Source: Minisyncoccia bacterium | GTDB taxonomy: Bacteria; Patescibacteriota; Minisyncoccia; Phycocordibacterales; JAKFXT01 | Direction of reading: 5' to 3' | NCBI GenBank assembly: GCA_041485465.1 | Contig: JBGPJO010000004.1 | Span: forward strand, 1-64,000 | Length of the DNA stretch: 64,000 bases | Notes under the pieces: generated by a model | What the model was told of the DNA's origin: nothing | Database searches by the model: none | What the model saw: only the letters and a program-made list of their open reading frames with translations | Shown here: positions 1 through 9,081 of the stretch, one piece after another | Position numbering within the stretch: position 1 is the first letter of the stretch | Layout of the letters: the number at the start of each line of letters is the position of its first letter | Made by a program: the position numbers and the translations under genes

Positions 1-52
1 GCGTTTTTTCTTTAATTTTCGCAAAAATATGTTATAGTTTCGCTGTTTTTAC

Positions 53-127
53 GGCCCTATCGTCTAGCCCGGTCCAGGACGCGTCCCTCTCACGGACGAA
101 ACTGGGGTTCAAATCCCCATAGGGTCA
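53..127 (+). tRNA. tRNA-Glu (anticodon CUC)
   Basis: Cloverleaf read by eye. Acceptor GGCCCTA/TAGGGTC with discriminator A. Anticodon stem CGTCC/GGACG with loop CTCTCAC (T33, anticodon CTC). T-arm GGTTCAAATCC. 75 nt, CCA not encoded. A possible TATAGT -10 box lies at 35-40. Confidence 0.85.
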
Positions 128-276
128 CACGATTACCAATCTGGTAAATTTTCATGTCTTGACTGAAATATGACTATGTTGAGTCGTCGTCTGACGATCA
201 TGACTTTAATGCCGGCGTTCCCGCGCCTACAACGCGAAGCCTCGGGCATAGTATGTCTAGCTACGCTCCTCCAAAA

Positions 277-300
277 AAAGACTGCTGAGGGCTCAGCAGT
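277..300 (-). terminator. Rho-independent terminator-like hairpin (minus strand)
   Basis: Perfect 10-bp inverted repeat gactgctgag/ctcagcagtc. On the plus strand an A7 run precedes it, so on the minus strand the hairpin is followed by a U7 run. It sits about 50 nt downstream of the stop of ORF 352..681(-). Confidence 0.4.
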
Positions 301-351
301 CTAATGAGTGATGTCCGGTTTCGTACAAGGCGTCGATGTATCAGCGCATGT

Positions 352-681
352 TCATCGGGAAATATTTCTTGCCAATCGAGCGAAAACTTCGATCCGTTCT
401 GTCCCGGGAAAGAAGGTGTCCCCAGCAAAGAGCCAAGGCGGCTCCCTATCTTTGATCGAGTCGCACGTGAGTTCAAGATTGGCGTTAGGATTAACTTCGC
501 GAAGCAGATGGCGAAGCATCTTTTCGGCTTGAATATCTTCCACGGTCTTTCTCTCATGCACCCCCAAAACGAGGTGGCTAAGAAGCTGCGGCCTTTTTGG
601 TGTTATATACGCGTTGGTTTTTTCTTTTCGCGCTCTTCGAAAGAGCCAGCGGAATCGCGATGGAATGTCAAGGTTGCTCAT
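352..681 (-). CDS. hypothetical protein (109 aa)
   Basis: The only ORF in the 128-1100 region with a plausible intrinsic terminator just downstream of its stop. No recognisable domain. Other ORFs overlap it on both strands. Confidence 0.25.
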   Translation of the reverse strand: MSNLDIPSRFRWLFRRARKEKTNAYITPKRPQLLSHLVLGVHERKTVEDIQAEKMLRHLLREVNPNANLELTCDSIKDREPPWLFAGDTFFPGTERIEVFARLARNISR

Positions 682-1047
682 GGCACATTCCTCTGTTAGA
701 GCAAAACAAGAACTCTAGCTTCAGCATACACAGAAGGTGCTTTCACGCCAAATTGAGCGATCTTCTAGAACGCACGAGTGGCGATCTACACAGACGCCGT
801 GGCCAGCTGGCACATTTACACATCAGCTACAATTCTCCCGGCAACGATCAAGCTCAGGGGGCATGTTGCCGGCTTTGAAAAATTCGATAAGCTGGTTGAA
901 TAGTCGTGTCAGGGCGGTTCGAGGTCTGTCCCGACACGATTCACCTAATGATTCATTCACACAAGTTTGAATGGTTTTACCAACTTACCCCACAGTTAAA
1001 GTTGGGTTTGAAATGTTGGAATTTGAGACCCTCCGTTTCAAGTCTTT

Positions 1048-1090
1048 CTAAGGACTTTTCAAACCCCCTAAGGACATTTTGAACCCATGA
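1048..1090 (+). repeat. Tandem imperfect direct repeat (ctaaggacNtttNaaaccc x2) upstream of a small membrane-protein gene
   Basis: ctaaggacttttcaaaccc followed at once by ctaaggacattttgaaccc, ending about 10 nt before the ATG at 1101. Confidence 0.3.
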
Positions 1091-1100
1091 TATCTCAAGT

Positions 1101-1412
1101 ATGGTAAATACACTTATCGGAGTAGTTTTGATAGCAGGCGAGATTTTTCTAGTCGTCGGCTTATGTGTATATGCTTGGATTTTATATACATATGACAAAC
1201 CCATTCAGAAAATCATAAGAAAGCGCGGGGAAGAAATAAATAAAATAAAAACAGGTGCCGCATCAAGAGGAGTTACCACGATCATGTTAGAGAGGCAGAT
1301 CGCAGCCTTGGTCAGAAAAGATGTTGAAAAGCTTGAGAGTTTGAAGACGGCAAGAATGCATCTCATCGAACGAATTAAGATTTTAATTAGTATTATCTCT
1401 CTTCGAAAATAA
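1101..1412 (+). CDS. small membrane protein with C-terminal coiled-coil/basic region (103 aa)
   Basis: ORF with N-terminal TM helix (LIGVVLIAGEIFLVVGLCVYAWILY) followed by a charged helical region. No homolog recognised. Confidence 0.45.
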   Translation: MVNTLIGVVLIAGEIFLVVGLCVYAWILYTYDKPIQKIIRKRGEEINKIKTGAASRGVTTIMLERQIAALVRKDVEKLESLKTARMHLIERIKILISIISLRK

Positions 1413-1429
1413 GGTTATTATTTAGATAA

Positions 1430-1600
1430 ATGAATCTCGTGAATAAACAGGGAAAAGATATCCTTATTTGGATCGTGTTGGTTGCTATAGTTATAGCGAT
1501 TTATTACCTTGCGTTTAAGTATGGTCCAAGTACACTTTGTCCTCCTGGTACTGAACCATATGAAGAAGGGCGCTATGGCGAGTTTACTGGGTGCCGCTGA
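1430..1600 (+). CDS. small membrane protein (56 aa), below the ORF-track threshold
   Basis: Manual translation gives MNLVNKQGKDILIWIVLVAIVIAIYYLAFKYGPSTLCPPGTEPYEEGRYGEFTGCR*. It has one TM helix and starts 18 nt after the previous small membrane ORF. Confidence 0.35.
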   Translation: MNLVNKQGKDILIWIVLVAIVIAIYYLAFKYGPSTLCPPGTEPYEEGRYGEFTGCR

Positions 1601-1773
1601 CGATTAGGCTAGCCTTCTCTACTTTCTTTGATGTTTTGCTAGTTTCTTTTAAGCTCTGAGTGAGAAGTTTTAAATTCTGTATCGTTAAGGTCACAAATTG
1701 ACTCCTTTGCTCTATTGAGATAACTTTCCAAGAGAATCAGAGAGAACCCGGGAAAACATGGAGGAGGAATGCG

Positions 1774-2151
1774 ATGGCACGCTCATTTTCCCCAGTCGGA
1801 AAAACCATGCCAATTTCGAAGGAAAGGCTCAAATATAAGCCTTCAATCAGCCCTGTAAATCCGGAAAAGGTCATCATGAGGCGGTGGGCAAAAGAAAATA
1901 CCCGTCGTCCTCATATAAATTGCGGGGGTATACCCCTAGACAGTATTCTGCACGAATGCAACCCAGAATGTGATCCCGACCGCGGTCGCCATTCCTATAC
2001 TGGAAAATTTGATGATCGTGACATACGTGCCGCCGCCGCGGTGGTTCAGTGGATAGCAACCAATTGCGGCCGCAGTTTTTTCCATGAATTCGAAAGGGAA
2101 GTTGAGCGGGCATTCGAGAAGCACCTGCCGAAAAAGCTGAGAGTAGCATAA
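1774..2151 (+). CDS. hypothetical protein (125 aa, Cys/His-containing)
   Basis: ORF followed by a strong intrinsic terminator. No domain recognised. Confidence 0.4.
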   Translation: MARSFSPVGKTMPISKERLKYKPSISPVNPEKVIMRRWAKENTRRPHINCGGIPLDSILHECNPECDPDRGRHSYTGKFDDRDIRAAAAVVQWIATNCGRSFFHEFEREVERAFEKHLPKKLRVA

Positions 2152-2159
2152 ATAGTTCT

Positions 2160-2196
2160 GACCCGCGACAGTATTCTGTCGCGGGTCTATATTTTT
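2160..2196 (+). terminator. Rho-independent terminator
   Basis: gacccgcgacag/ctgtcgcgggtc 12-bp stem followed by tatattttt. Confidence 0.6.
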
Positions 2197-2218
2197 AGGA
2201 TATAGTAAAGTCATATCC

Positions 2219-2743
2219 ATGAAAAAAATCCTCTCATCAAGGTTTTTTAATCGCCCAACGCTTAAAATTTCGCAAGAACTGATAGGAAAATTTCTCGTTC
2301 GGAAAATCGGCAAAAAGAAAATCGAAGGGATGATTACCGAGGTCGAAGCGTATGATGGGCATCGTGACAGGGCTTCCCACGCATCACGGGGAGAAACTCC
2401 AAGAAATTCTGTGATGTTTGGTGGGGCGGGAGTATGGTACATCTACCTCATCTATGGGAACTATTTAATGCTTAATATCGTGACGCATAGGAAAGGATAT
2501 CCTGCGGCAATCCTCATTCGCTCTACTGGTGTTTCAAAGGGCCCAGGCAGACTGACGAGACATTTTAAAATAGATAAATCGCTAAATAAAAAAATAGCCA
2601 ATGAAAAATCGGGTCTTTGGATCGAGGATAGGGGAGTGAAAATAGCAAAATCAAAAATAAAAAGAACGCCGAGAATCGGCGTTGATTATGCCGGCCCCAT
2701 CTGGTCTAAAAAACACTGGCGCTTTGTTTTGAAAACAAAATAG
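2219..2743 (+). CDS. mpg: DNA-3-methyladenine glycosylase (Mpg/AAG family)
   Basis: Motifs TEVEAY..D.ASHA..G.T.RN..MFG..G..YIY..YG...LN.V are typical of the MPG fold (PF02245). Confidence 0.8.
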   Translation: MKKILSSRFFNRPTLKISQELIGKFLVRKIGKKKIEGMITEVEAYDGHRDRASHASRGETPRNSVMFGGAGVWYIYLIYGNYLMLNIVTHRKGYPAAILIRSTGVSKGPGRLTRHFKIDKSLNKKIANEKSGLWIEDRGVKIAKSKIKRTPRIGVDYAGPIWSKKHWRFVLKTK

Positions 2744-2755
2744 CGGAGACCCTTA

Positions 2756-3262
2756 TCAGGATCTCCGCTGTATATCGAATTCAAACTGTCGAGAGTCTTC
2801 GCGGCGCTTTGCGGCCCTCTTTTTTGAGGCCTTTCCGCCCTTTTGAGCGATAAGACCTCTGATATTGAGAACCCGTTCATCGGATAGCCACGCCGCGGAT
2901 TTTACGTAACCTTCGAGAACATCGAGCGGATTACGTTTTTCGTTGCCCGCTTTTCCTTTACGACTCGCTTTCCTCAATACCTTTCGAGCGATTTCATCAT
3001 CCGTGATGGAGCTTTCATTTGCTCCTTCTGGACTGATGATTGCAACAACTGCCATCTCCCATGCCCTCAAGAAATATTCTCGAGGTACATAAAGGGAGCG
3101 TTTCATCCGGGCCGAACCAATATCCTCGACAGACACCATGCGGATATCTTTGCGGGGATTACCGGAACGACCAACATACCCAAAGGTCATGACGATGCCG
3201 TCGGAGTTGTAAACCTGGATTCGCGCTTCGCGACGCTCTTGATCAACTTCGAGTAATTCCAC
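2756..3262 (-). CDS. hypothetical protein (168 aa, basic C-terminus)
   Basis: ORF with a hairpin at 2745-2769 (agcggaga...tctccgct) overlapping its stop. No domain recognised. Confidence 0.5.
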   Translation of the reverse strand: MELLEVDQERREARIQVYNSDGIVMTFGYVGRSGNPRKDIRMVSVEDIGSARMKRSLYVPREYFLRAWEMAVVAIISPEGANESSITDDEIARKVLRKASRKGKAGNEKRNPLDVLEGYVKSAAWLSDERVLNIRGLIAQKGGKASKKRAAKRREDSRQFEFDIQRRS

Positions 3263-3331
3263 GAGCCCCTCCGCTAAAAAATTGAAAGGAACTTTCCTTA
3301 ATTATACTATAGAAAAGACCTGTTTGTCAAG

Positions 3332-3781
3332 CTAAGCAAACAAGCTATCCACGACCTCCTTAACATTCGCGCCATCCGCCTGTCCTTTAAGTTCTTTCAT
3401 AAGAGCCGCCATAAAAAGGCCCATTTTTGATTTATCGTTTGTGCCAAGCTTTTCTTTAAGCTCCAATGCCTTTTTGAGAATATCGTCTTTATTCATCATC
3501 GCCGGCAGATAGGCTTCAAGTATTTTAAGTTCGACTTCTTCTTTCGAAGCCAAATCTTCACGATTGCCTTTCTTGAATTGCTCGATTGAATCTTTTCTCT
3601 GCTTCACGCCGCGGCGTATAACGGAAAGAGCTTCCTCATCGGAGAGTTTTTCATCAGGCTTTCGTCCTTTGGCAACCGCTTCGTTCGTGAATCCCGCAAT
3701 CAGCCCACGGAGCACCGATAAACGGATAGTGTCTTTTGCTTTCATCGCCCCTGTCAGTTCAGCTCGAATTTTGTCTTGCAT
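3332..3781 (-). CDS. yqeY: GatB/YqeY domain protein
   Basis: MQDKIRAELTGAMKAKD...LRGL...EAY pattern of the YqeY family. An internal Met was chosen as start. The upstream 43 codons of the track ORF look like an artefact. Confidence 0.75.
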   Translation of the reverse strand: MQDKIRAELTGAMKAKDTIRLSVLRGLIAGFTNEAVAKGRKPDEKLSDEEALSVIRRGVKQRKDSIEQFKKGNREDLASKEEVELKILEAYLPAMMNKDDILKKALELKEKLGTNDKSKMGLFMAALMKELKGQADGANVKEVVDSLFA

Positions 3782-3819
3782 AGGACTCCATAGTAGCAAA
3801 AAAATGTTAAAATACGAGC

Positions 3820-4887
3820 ATGTCAGGGACTGAAATAATAATTCTCTTGGGGTTCCTCGTGCTTCTTGCCTCAAACGGTATTTTCTTTTGGGTACTTTCC
3901 CGCCGTCCAAAAAATACCGAGGAAAAATCGGATGAAACCGGTTTTAAGCTGATACTTCAGCAGGTAAACGAACTCTCACGGACGGTAGACCAAAAAATCA
4001 CCGAGAGCGCTCGGCAGATGAATGAATCGGTAAAGACCCAGTTCAGCGAATCTTCAAAACTTATCCGTGATGTCACCCAAGGATTGACCAAGCTTGATGA
4101 GACTAATCGCCAAGTGATATCGTTTGCCGATCAGCTTCAGAATCTTCAGGACATTTTTAAAAATCCGAAACAGCGCGGGGTTGTCGGTGAATATTATCTT
4201 GAAACACTCCTCAAAAATGTCCTGCCGCCCGGATCGTTTCAAATGCAGTATGCTTTTAAAGACGGGACAATAGTTGATGCGGCGGTTTTCGTCAAAGACA
4301 AAATCATTCCGGTTGATTCGAAGTTCTCGCTCGAAAATTATAATCGCATTATCGAGGCGAAAGACCCAACAGAGCGCGAGCGGCTCGAGAAAATATTCGT
4401 CAATGACCTAAAACAGCGCATTATCGAGACTTCAAAATATATTCAACCGAAAGAGGGGACAATGGATTTTGCCTTCATGTTCATTCCGCATGAGGCGATT
4501 TACTACGATCTTCTTATAAATAAAATCGGCGTGATCACCGAAGACACCGAAAATTTTATCCAACGCGCGGCAGGGAAGTACCGGGTGATCATCGTTAGCC
4601 CAACCTCATTCCTCGCCTATCTCCAAACCGTGCTTCAGGGGCTTAAGGCCATGCAAATTGAGGAATCGGTTAAAGAGATTATAAAGAACGTCGGGGGCTT
4701 GCAAAAGCACCTTAAAACCTATGAGGAATACCACGGCAAGCTCGGAAACGCCTTGGGTACGGCGGTGAATCACTACAATGCCTCAGGTAAGGAATTTAAG
4801 AAGATAGACAAGGATGTGCTCCGTATAAGCGGGGAGAGCATGGAAATCGAGAGCTTAGCCTTTGAGGGGCCAGAGGAAGCCGAATAG
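3820..4887 (+). CDS. rmuC: DNA recombination protein RmuC
   Basis: N-terminal TM helix, a long coiled coil, and the conserved RmuC C-terminal region (QRGVVGEYYLETLL...FIPHEAIYYDLL). Confidence 0.8.
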   Translation: MSGTEIIILLGFLVLLASNGIFFWVLSRRPKNTEEKSDETGFKLILQQVNELSRTVDQKITESARQMNESVKTQFSESSKLIRDVTQGLTKLDETNRQVISFADQLQNLQDIFKNPKQRGVVGEYYLETLLKNVLPPGSFQMQYAFKDGTIVDAAVFVKDKIIPVDSKFSLENYNRIIEAKDPTERERLEKIFVNDLKQRIIETSKYIQPKEGTMDFAFMFIPHEAIYYDLLINKIGVITEDTENFIQRAAGKYRVIIVSPTSFLAYLQTVLQGLKAMQIEESVKEIIKNVGGLQKHLKTYEEYHGKLGNALGTAVNHYNASGKEFKKIDKDVLRISGESMEIESLAFEGPEEAE

Positions 4888-4935
4888 GCTCATTTCTCTT
4901 GCCTTTTTGGGCTTTTTAAGTAGAATAGGGAACCT

Positions 4936-5256
4936 ATGCAGGAATTCGCTGTAATACAGACGGGTGGCAAGCAATACAAGGTCTCCGTGGGAGATGTTGT
5001 TTCCATTGAAAAAATAAAGGGGGAACACAAGGTTGGGGACTCGCTCACCTTTGATAAAGTTCTCATGGTAGACAACGGCAAAGACACGACAATTGGCACG
5101 CCCTATATAGAGAGCAGCAAAGTCACCGGAAAACTTAAAGAAATGGGACGGGGAAAGAAAATCGAGGTTATCAAATACAAGGCGAAGAGCCGCTATTTCA
5201 AAAACAGAGGACATCGGCAGCCCTATTTCAAGATAGAGATCACCGGGCTCAAATAA
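4936..5256 (+). CDS. rplU: 50S ribosomal protein L21
   Basis: MQEFAVIQTGGKQYKVSVGD... is the classic L21 N-terminus. 106 aa. Confidence 0.9.
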   Translation: MQEFAVIQTGGKQYKVSVGDVVSIEKIKGEHKVGDSLTFDKVLMVDNGKDTTIGTPYIESSKVTGKLKEMGRGKKIEVIKYKAKSRYFKNRGHRQPYFKIEITGLK

Positions 5257-5544
5257 AAATCCGCCCTTCGACAAGCTCGGGGCAAATTTTTTATTTACCC
5301 TGCGACACTCTTGATTTCGTATAGGAAAGGCCTACACTTGAGTGGGAAGTCGTGGGAGGTTTATATGACAGCTATGACAGCTGGAACCTTTACTCACAAA
5401 AGATGGCATGTCCCTGACATCGTAAGGAGACACCCGGCGATTTTTTTGGGGTTGCTCTCGGCACCATTCTTAACACCCATGGTAATCATCTGGTTTGTTT
5501 CTCGTTGATTTTGAGCCCCGTCGCATATCTGCGGCGGGCTCTTT

Positions 5545-6162
5545 TTAAAACCTGTTTTTAAAAGCGCTTTTCAGTGTGTCACTATCGGCATATTCAAGCT
5601 CGGAACCGGTCGAAAGACCCCTTCCCAAATGGGTAATTTTAAGATCATGCTTTTCGAGAAGTGGGCGGATCGTTTCCTCGACAACATGAGCGGTATTTTC
5701 TCCTTCGGCATTTATGGAAAAAGCGATAATAATTTCCTTGAGGCCGTTTTTTGTTGCCTCTTCTTTCACCCGTAAAATTAATTCCTTAAGGCGCACTTTG
5801 TCTTCCGGCTTTTTCTCAAGAATCGAAATCGCCCCCCCCATCACGAAATACATGCCGGGGTAGGCATGACTTTTCTCGACATTTTCGAAATCAACGTCTT
5901 TTTCAACAAGAAGAAGGGTGGCATGGTCACGATTCGGATCGGCGCAGACAGAACAGAGAGCAAGCGTCCCTTTTTTCGCGAAAAATCTGAAACACAGAGG
6001 GCAAATGCGAATCTCTTTTTTAATATCAAGAATAAGATTGGAGAGTTCTTCAAGGTACACGCGGTTTCGGGAAAGAAGAAAATAGACGAAACGCTTACTT
6101 TGACGGGAACCGATACCCGGAAAATCCCGAAAAAGTTCGGTTAGTTTTTCTATCGCATTCAT
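5545..6162 (-). CDS. recR: Recombination protein RecR
   Basis: FPGIG HhH motif, C4 zinc finger (CPLC...CSVC) and a Toprim domain. 205 aa. Confidence 0.9.
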   Translation of the reverse strand: MNAIEKLTELFRDFPGIGSRQSKRFVYFLLSRNRVYLEELSNLILDIKKEIRICPLCFRFFAKKGTLALCSVCADPNRDHATLLLVEKDVDFENVEKSHAYPGMYFVMGGAISILEKKPEDKVRLKELILRVKEEATKNGLKEIIIAFSINAEGENTAHVVEETIRPLLEKHDLKITHLGRGLSTGSELEYADSDTLKSAFKNRF

Positions 6163-6165
6163 AGT

Positions 6166-7578
6166 TTAGAGATCTTCGGGGGCAAAATCGCCGAGATTGG
6201 TTTTATCAATTGAAAGGAAGGTTGCTTTTTTATCGTCAAAATAAAGTTTTGTGAAGCCCGTGGGCCCGTTCCTGTGTTTTTCGATAAGAATTTCAACGAT
6301 GTTTGTTTTGTTTGGGTCGGCACCTTCTTTGTTTCGGTCTTCACGGTGAAGAAACATCACCACGTCCGCATCCTGCTCGATTGAGCCGGAATCACGAAGG
6401 TCAGAGAGCCGCGGCTTTCCGCCACGCTGTTCAACGGCGCGTGAGAGCTGAGAGAGGGCAATGACCGGTAGATCAAGCTCACGGGCAAGATGTTTGAGAG
6501 AACGGGAAAGCTCAGTCACTTGCTGAACGGCAGAATCGGAATTTCTGGTATTAATCGGCGTCATAAGCTGAAGATAATCAACGACGATAAGCCCCAAGCC
6601 CCGCTCGCGTTTTAAACGACGCGCGACCGAGCGCATTTTTAAAATGTTATTACCCGGCTGGTCATCGATAAAAATTGGAGCCTTAGCGAGCCGGTCAAGC
6701 GAATCGCGAATACGATCAAAGTCGGCATCAAGAGAGAGCCTTCCGGTGCGAAGCTGCCAGGCATCGACTCTCGACTCCGCCGCGATCATGCGGTCGACGA
6801 GTTGCTGGCCGCTCATTTCAAGAGAAAAAACAGCAACGGGCGTACCATACAAGGTTGAAGTCTGGCGCGCAATATCAAGCGCAAGAGCGGTTTTACCCAT
6901 TGAAGGCCGTGCAGCGAGAATGATCAGGTCGGACTTCTGAAAGCCGGCGAGCCGGTCGTCAATCTCCCTGAAACCGCTCCTGACACCCCTGATCTCATCC
7001 TTCGCGTGATGGAGATGTTCAATCCTGTCCCAGGCTTCGCCGAGCATTTCTTTGAGCTCGGAATAATTACCCCTCGATCCTGAGACGCTCGTCAGATCGT
7101 AGAGATGGTGTTCGGCTTTGTCGAGTAGTTGCTCAAGCTCCTCCGCCTCACTGTATCCAAGCTCGCTAATGTGCCCAGCCGCTTCAATCAGGCGGCGCAT
7201 CATGAACTTGCGGTGGATAAGATCGGCGTAGTGGCGGGCATTCGAGGCCGAGGGTGTCGCGTTCACCAGTTCGGTTAAATATGATGCGCCGCCAATTTGT
7301 TCTATCTGTCCTTTTTCTTTAAGTTTCGAAGAAAGTGAGAGAAGATCGATCGGCTCATTCCTCGAAAAAAGCTCAAGCATCGATCGGTAGATGATGGCGT
7401 GCTTTTCAGCATAAAAACTTTCAGGTTTGACAATGTCGAAAACCTCATGAAGTGTCTCGGGACGAAGCATGATTGCTCCTAAGAGCGCCTTTTCGGAATC
7501 AAGATTTTGCGGCGGAACGCGAATATTGGAGTAGGGACTTTTGAGGGGAGTTTTCGCCATACCATCCCATTCTATCAC
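6166..7578 (-). CDS. dnaB: Replicative DNA helicase DnaB
   Basis: DnaB N-terminal domain plus a RecA-like core with Walker A ARPSMGKTALAL. 470 aa. Confidence 0.9.
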   Translation of the reverse strand: MIEWDGMAKTPLKSPYSNIRVPPQNLDSEKALLGAIMLRPETLHEVFDIVKPESFYAEKHAIIYRSMLELFSRNEPIDLLSLSSKLKEKGQIEQIGGASYLTELVNATPSASNARHYADLIHRKFMMRRLIEAAGHISELGYSEAEELEQLLDKAEHHLYDLTSVSGSRGNYSELKEMLGEAWDRIEHLHHAKDEIRGVRSGFREIDDRLAGFQKSDLIILAARPSMGKTALALDIARQTSTLYGTPVAVFSLEMSGQQLVDRMIAAESRVDAWQLRTGRLSLDADFDRIRDSLDRLAKAPIFIDDQPGNNILKMRSVARRLKRERGLGLIVVDYLQLMTPINTRNSDSAVQQVTELSRSLKHLARELDLPVIALSQLSRAVEQRGGKPRLSDLRDSGSIEQDADVVMFLHREDRNKEGADPNKTNIVEILIEKHRNGPTGFTKLYFDDKKATFLSIDKTNLGDFAPEDL

Positions 7579-7648
7579 TCTCTTCTAAAACTGCTCAAAT
7601 CAAATTTTCTGAATAGCGTGTTCCTAAAATGTGGAAACCGGGAAGGCC

Positions 7649-9043
7649 TTACCGGGGAAGGATCTTTTGGCCTTCGGGGGTGTCCTCAACGGCAAATCCA
7701 AGCTTGTTGATCTCTCTCCTAAGTTCGTCCGAGCGTTTAAAATCCCTATTTTGGCGGGCCTGTTCGCGTTCCGCTGCCAAGTTCTTGACCGGAATAGGGA
7801 CATCTTCCAGTTTCTTAGAAAACTGTTCGCTTTGCCTTAAAAGATCAAATCCAAGTACCTTATCAAACTGAAGCAGGGTTGCTTTTTTATCGGCGCTTGA
7901 AACCTCCGTATCCTTTAAAAGCTCCCAAATAAGCGCTACTGCCTTTGGGGTATTTAAATCATCTTCCATGTATTTCTCAAACAGCTCTTTGTACCTTGAG
8001 GAGGCGGTGCCCTTCTCTCCGAGATTGAGGAAATGATTAAGGAGCTTCAGATAGGCGTTTTGACTTGCTTCGAGTGCTTCCCATGAAAAAGTAAGCGGTG
8101 TGCGATACTTGGCACTTAAAAGAAAATACCTATACGAGAGGGGCGAGAAGCCTTTATCGGTAATCGTTTGAAGCCTAATAAAATTTCCCGCTGACTTCGC
8201 CATTTTATCTCCCTCAATTGTTACAAAAGCGCTGTGAAGCCAAAAGTGGGCGAGCGGCTTTCCTGTTGCCGATTCGGACTGGGCAATTTCGTCATTATGG
8301 TGAATCGGTATGTGGTCGGTGCCACCGGTATGAATATCAAATGTTTCCCCCAGAAGCTTCATCGACATGGCAGAGCACTCAATGTGCCAGCCGGGGAATC
8401 CCACTCCCCACGGAGAATTCCACTCTTGCTGACGTTTCTCACCTTTTGGAGAAAATTTCCAAAGAGCGAAGTCCGTTCCATTCCGCTTTTCCGGATTCTT
8501 TTCAACCCGAGCGCCTTCTTTCAGTCCCGCCGTGTCAATGTCGCCGAGCTTTCCGTATCCGGCAAAAGTTGTAGTATCAAAATAAACTCCGTCTGATGTT
8601 ATATAGGTGTGTCCTCCTTTTTCAAGTCTTTTAATGAGCGCTATCTGCTCTTCTATGTAGTCGGTTGCCTTCGGAAAGCGCGTGCCGATCGTATTAATGT
8701 TGAGAGAAGAGAGATCGTTGAAAAAAGCTTCCGCGTAAAAATCCGTTATTTCCCGAACCGTCTTTTTTTCGCGTCTTGCGCCTTTTTCGATTTTATCCTC
8801 GCCCTCGTCTCTGTCTGAAGTAAGGTGTCCGACATCGGTAATGTTAATAACCTGCTTTACGGCATATCCCTCGTACTCAAACGTCCTTCGCAGAACATCG
8901 GCAAAAACATAGGGGCGCAGATTTCCGATGTGGGCATAATCATAGACGGTCGGACCGCAGTGATACATTTTGACCGTCCCTTTTTCAAGCGGCAGAAAAG
9001 GCTCTTCTTTACGTGAGAGAGTGTTAAAAAGAGTAAGCGCCAT
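7649..9043 (-). CDS. cysS: Cysteine--tRNA ligase
   Basis: HIGN (HIGH) motif, KMAKS (KMSKS) motif, typical CysRS N-terminus MYHCGPTVYDYAHIGN. Confidence 0.9.
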   Translation of the reverse strand: MALTLFNTLSRKEEPFLPLEKGTVKMYHCGPTVYDYAHIGNLRPYVFADVLRRTFEYEGYAVKQVINITDVGHLTSDRDEGEDKIEKGARREKKTVREITDFYAEAFFNDLSSLNINTIGTRFPKATDYIEEQIALIKRLEKGGHTYITSDGVYFDTTTFAGYGKLGDIDTAGLKEGARVEKNPEKRNGTDFALWKFSPKGEKRQQEWNSPWGVGFPGWHIECSAMSMKLLGETFDIHTGGTDHIPIHHNDEIAQSESATGKPLAHFWLHSAFVTIEGDKMAKSAGNFIRLQTITDKGFSPLSYRYFLLSAKYRTPLTFSWEALEASQNAYLKLLNHFLNLGEKGTASSRYKELFEKYMEDDLNTPKAVALIWELLKDTEVSSADKKATLLQFDKVLGFDLLRQSEQFSKKLEDVPIPVKNLAAEREQARQNRDFKRSDELRREINKLGFAVEDTPEGQKILPR

Positions 9044-9081
9044 GAATATCAGGCTATAAGGTTTAACTTAAAAAAGCAAAA

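Noticed and set aside
128-1000. The region after tRNA-Glu was checked for tmRNA, RNase P RNA, 5S rRNA, a group II intron domain V and an integrase pseudogene.
   Set aside because: No diagnostic motifs were found, such as a tmRNA 3' T-arm with CCA, RNase P P4 sequences or an integrase R..H..R..Y box. The region remains unexplained rather than assigned.
3782-3910. N-terminal extensions of the track ORFs for the GatB/YqeY protein (3332..3910), dacA (26721..28001), scpB (27703..28296), rpiB (37038..37601), mgtC (56264..56902), trpS and the S41 protease.
   Set aside because: Each extension overlaps the neighbouring gene or adds a non-homologous leader. Internal Met codons give N-termini that match the family consensus.
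5311-5508. A 65-aa ORF between rplU and recR, considered as a possible rpmA-replacing small gene.
   Set aside because: No RBS, no recognisable motif (it is not L27 and not Prp), and odd composition. The hairpin at 5513-5546 may simply terminate rplU read-through. Left uncalled.
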